A DNA stretch of 64,000 nucleotides from Trichoplax sp. H2. Taxonomy: Eukaryota. The notes beneath the pieces were generated by a model. That model was not told where the DNA came from, ran no database searches, and was given only the letters and a program-made list of their open reading frames with translations. This document shows, one piece after another, positions 60,201-64,000 of this stretch. Numbering within the stretch: the first letter of the stretch is position 1; each line of letters begins with the position of its first letter. The DNA lies in NCBI GenBank assembly GCA_003344405.1, contig NOWV01000003.1, forward strand, positions 248,001 to 312,000, written 5' to 3'. The translations under genes were made by a program, and so were the position numbers.

Positions 60201-63200
60201 ATAGAATAACTCTTTGCGTATTTCATTGATTGAGATACATCAAGCTAAATTGTGATCGTTTCTTCTGATTCCATGATATACGCTTTAATAATGAAGATTT
60301 TGCTCCACTGAGTGCCATTCCAGTATTAGCTGTGAATTCATCTGAATATAATGACGCCATACCGGCATTAGTAAATCAAGCAAATAGTGTATACCAAGAT
60401 TTTATTAACTCGAATGAAGGTAGAGGATTTCATGGGAAGGTAGGTTCATTGTTATAAATCATTCTTTAGCTAAGTAGTGCATCAGTTGTAAAAGGCTGTA
60501 ATACTGTGTTTATCTCAAAAATTGAATAGGAATAAGGTATTTGTTACTCATTTGAGGCGGTATTTTATGATAATATCCAATATTAACTTATTGTTATGGA
60601 CTTATGAACACTTTCTTAAGCACACTAATATACTTGTAAATTAAATTTGTATAATATAGTATATCTCATACGGATTTTAATTAGCTAGCATTTGAATATC
60701 AAATACGTTCAATAATTTATACAGTAAAAATAATATTTATGACAAAATCATAGTTAATAATGATAGTACACGATAAGTAAAGTGGTTACAAGCTTACATA
60801 TATACACAAAATATAATGTTGACTTAGATTTATTTGTAGAAGCTAAGTTATAAAATACAGAGTTATAGCATTTCTCATAAAAAAATCAAAGTTCAATTTA
60901 ACAAGAAAGTACCGACGAATTAATCGGTTTGGTTACTAAAATGCCATAATACGCACGTATAGGACTATCTTATTTCAGCCAATTAAGACTCTCCTTCAGC
61001 ATCGATTTTAGTTTTTTCGAATAATTATACGTAGTTGTCTTGGTACTTGTAATTACTATCATCTAAGATCAATTTTCATCAGAATATTACATGAAATCAA
61101 AATTTAAAGGCCCAGTGGCCACCCTTAGCGATATGACGAATACTATTTTAATAATCAGTACTCTGCAGAAATTACTACCTTAGAGCTATTCGTTTTACAT
61201 GAAGAAATCTTTAGGTTAAAAGTACTGTAAGAATCTTATACTGACCTATTGAAATGAACCCATAATCAGAGTCATTTAACAGTAGTATAAATACCCCCGC
61301 GCTGCTCATTTCAAGGGTGGGTGAGTGGGATGATTCTAATGTAGTGTATTCAGAATATACTGTAACTATATTCTACTCTTAAATATAGACATGTTGTATT
61401 GATCTTATATTTAGATATATCTACAGTCTGTTCGCTCTACATTCAAATATGGCTTACTACATTTAGTTATTACAGTCCTCACTATTTTCTACAATCATCT
61501 GCTATTCTATAACCTGTTATGGTATATGTTGTATCTANNNNNNNNNNNNNNNNNNNNGCATTTGAATATCAAATACGTTCAATAATTTATACAGTAAAAA
61601 TAATATTTATGACAAAATCATAGATAATAATGATAGTACACGATAAGTAAAGTGGTTACAAGCTTACATATATACATAAAATATAATGTTGACTTAGATT
61701 TATTTGTAGAAGCTAAGTTATAAAAAAATCAAAGTTCAATTTAACAAGAAAGTACCGACGAATTAATCGGTTTGGTAACTAAAATGCCATAATACGCACG
61801 TATAGGACTATCTTATTTCAGCCAATTAAGATTCTCCTTCAGCATTGATTTTAGTTTTTTCTAATAATTATATGTAGTTGTCTTGGTACTTGTAATTACT
61901 ATCATCTAAGATCATTTTAAAGATAATAATTCTAATGTAGTGTATTCAGAATATACTGTAACTATATTCTACTCTTAAATATAGACATGTTGTATTGATC
62001 TTATATTTAGATATATCTACAGTCTGTTCGCTCTACATTCAAATATGGCTTACTACATTTAGTTATTACAGTCCTCACTATTTTCTACAATCATCTGCTA
62101 TTCTATAACCTGTTATGGCATATGTTGTATCTAATCCTACAATCACGTTCTCTGCATGTGTTCTAATGCCATAGCTATAAATACCGCCGTTTTCTACCTT
62201 ATTTGTTAAGTTGCATTATTGGTCACAGTTAGTATTCACACTTTACTCACGGCAGCTACCACGCTGATCTACCGTAACTATCACACTGTACGTAACTACT
62301 ATCTACAATAAAGTATCCTCTTTGCTTAAGCTCCTTGTGCAATTCTTTGCATGGTAACTAAAACCACATTATCTGACTCTTCGAACCCTCCATCACATCT
62401 AAGATCTTTGAGACTTCGATATTGCCTTATTTACATCTTCTAATACCTGTAAATCGCCTATCTTTTATCCATATATTATAATGAAGCTGATACAGAAATT
62501 AGGCTGTGATCACACGATTTTCTATATCTTCTATCCATTCCTATCTGTCTTACTCTTGCTTCAGTTATGATTATGAATTGCCAATATAGTATTATGTTAT
62601 CAACTGTTATAACGATTTAATACCGTAAATCTCTAAATTGGATAGTGAATTAATACGGATTAAATTTTAGGTATGCATGGTGTGTGATTCTATGGGAGCA
62701 ATCATCGCCTATGACGCTTTAATTAATAATGCTAATCCTTCTCAAGTATCATCGACGGATGCCAGCCCTAGAACACCATCGATTATACCTACCGTTACCA
62801 TTGAATCTACATGCTCAAGTCCATCAAAAGTATCGTCCAGTTTTAGCCAAATGGAAATCTCTTGTGATGCAAGTTATGCTTCGAAACACAGAATGAGATA
62901 TAACAGTGATAGTGGTTTACCAAGACATGATTGGTACTTTCAATCTGGCTATTCAAATAATCATCTTGGGTCTAGTAACCAGTCGGGAGAGTGCAGTTAC
63001 GCATTAAATAGCGATGGTAAAATAACAAAGATACCGGGTAAAATTGGTAGTTCTCGAAGTTCCATATCAAGAACGAGTTATTCCAGTCAATGTGGCGAAG
63101 TTTATTTCAGTTTCGATGTTGCTGACTTCTTTATGCTTGGTTCACCAATTGCCATGATCTTGATTATGCGGATATTAAAGCAACGTTCAATGACCGATAA

Positions 63201-63947
63201 CGGTATTCGAGTTTTAATTTGTATTATATGTATTACGCACAATTTAAGTAAATGTATTATTACTTGTCCTTTTATAATACTTTTCGTCTACATTGTTCAT
63301 GCAGTTCACTAACTTTGATTATATGTTTTGATTAGTTCCTGGCTGTACTCTATTGCGACGCCCTCCTTGTGATCAAGTTTATAATCTATTTTATCCAATA
63401 GATCCTATTGCTGAACGATTGGAACCTGTACTGTTAGGACAGTTTTCTAATATACCATCTATCAGTGTAGTTCGTTTTCAACAATATCCTTTAGGCAACG
63501 GAAAGTTACATTATTTTAAGGATGCTGTTTTTGATAATTCTCAACTATTTTGGCCCCCTACTGTTAATCAATCGATAAATAACCAATCACCTGTTATGCA
63601 GTCTGAGATGACTTCTGAAAAAGGTGCGTCAATATTAAATCAGGATTATCGCCATAGTGAAATACCAAAACGTTCAGATGAACCTTCATCTTTTGATATT
63701 CTCTCCAATAGTAAGTGAGAACTATAATTATTCGCTTACGGACGTAATAGCCCCAATTAGATTATAGCTACTAAGTGAAATCAATTTTTGAAAATCAGTT
63801 TTAACTAGGTGGTGGGGAAATAAACGCCTAGACTACGCTCTTGATTGCCCAAAATCGTTATTCGGGTTTCCAGAGACAGCAATTCCTCACATGTTACATT
63901 CAAGTTATTGGGAATCCTACGATGCTGTGGCTATGATTATTCGTCAA
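51280..63947 (+). CDS. PITPNM: Membrane-associated phosphatidylinositol transfer protein (rdgB/Nir2/Nir3 class); continues beyond the window
   Basis: PITP domain (MLIKEYRIPLPLSVEEYR, EEAWNAYPYTRT, MCAYKLCRVEFRYWG, AHRQAWCWQDEW), FFAT-like DDSEEEYFDAQ (58936-58968), and DDHD region (FFMLGSP, YNLFYPIDPIAERLEP, WWGNKRLDY, HSSYWES). Confidence 0.95.
54614..55120. repeat. 151-bp direct duplication (54614-54764 / 54970-55120) spanning the assembly gap at 54765-54784
   Basis: The copies differ at one base, and the first copy ends exactly at the N run. Confidence 0.85.
60688..62133. repeat. Direct duplication (60688-61537 / 61558-62133) flanking the assembly gap at 61538-61557; probably two haplotypes
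   Basis: Near-identical copies abut both sides of the N run and differ by SNPs and two indels. Confidence 0.85.
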
Positions 63948-64000
63948 GTTAGCGCCAACATTTATTATTACTAATTCTATCAAATTATAAAATAAAATGC

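Noticed and set aside
60266..60268. In-frame TGA upstream of a PITPNM exon as a pseudogene lesion or selenocysteine
   Set aside because: A phase-compatible AAG acceptor at 60294-60296 lies downstream, which places the TGA in the intron.

Overview
This is a eukaryotic, AT-rich, gene-dense and intron-rich animal genomic window. Compact introns, the metazoan gene set and abundant ACAGT/ACTGT pentamer arrays suggest a placozoan such as Trichoplax (inference, not verified). Genes in order: 3' end of a rabphilin/Doc2-like C2B gene (+); coronin (-) with two candidate alternative coiled-coil terminal exons; AP3D1 (+); MTO1 (-); TERT (+, ~38 exons, catalytic aspartates intact); an orphan ORF (-); SUDS3 (-); an intronless CD151-like tetraspanin (-); EIF3I (+); and a 3'-truncated PITPNM/rdgB (+). 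Notable structure: three head-to-head gene pairs whose promoters carry ACAGT arrays, one array set inside a MITE-like inverted repeat, two U12-type introns (one AT-AC), at least five GC-AG introns (three in MTO1), a 79-nt hairpin, an LTR-like repeat relic, a degenerate telomere-like tract, and two gap-flanking duplications that look like haplotype assembly artefacts. All exon boundaries were derived by hand, without alignments or RNA data.
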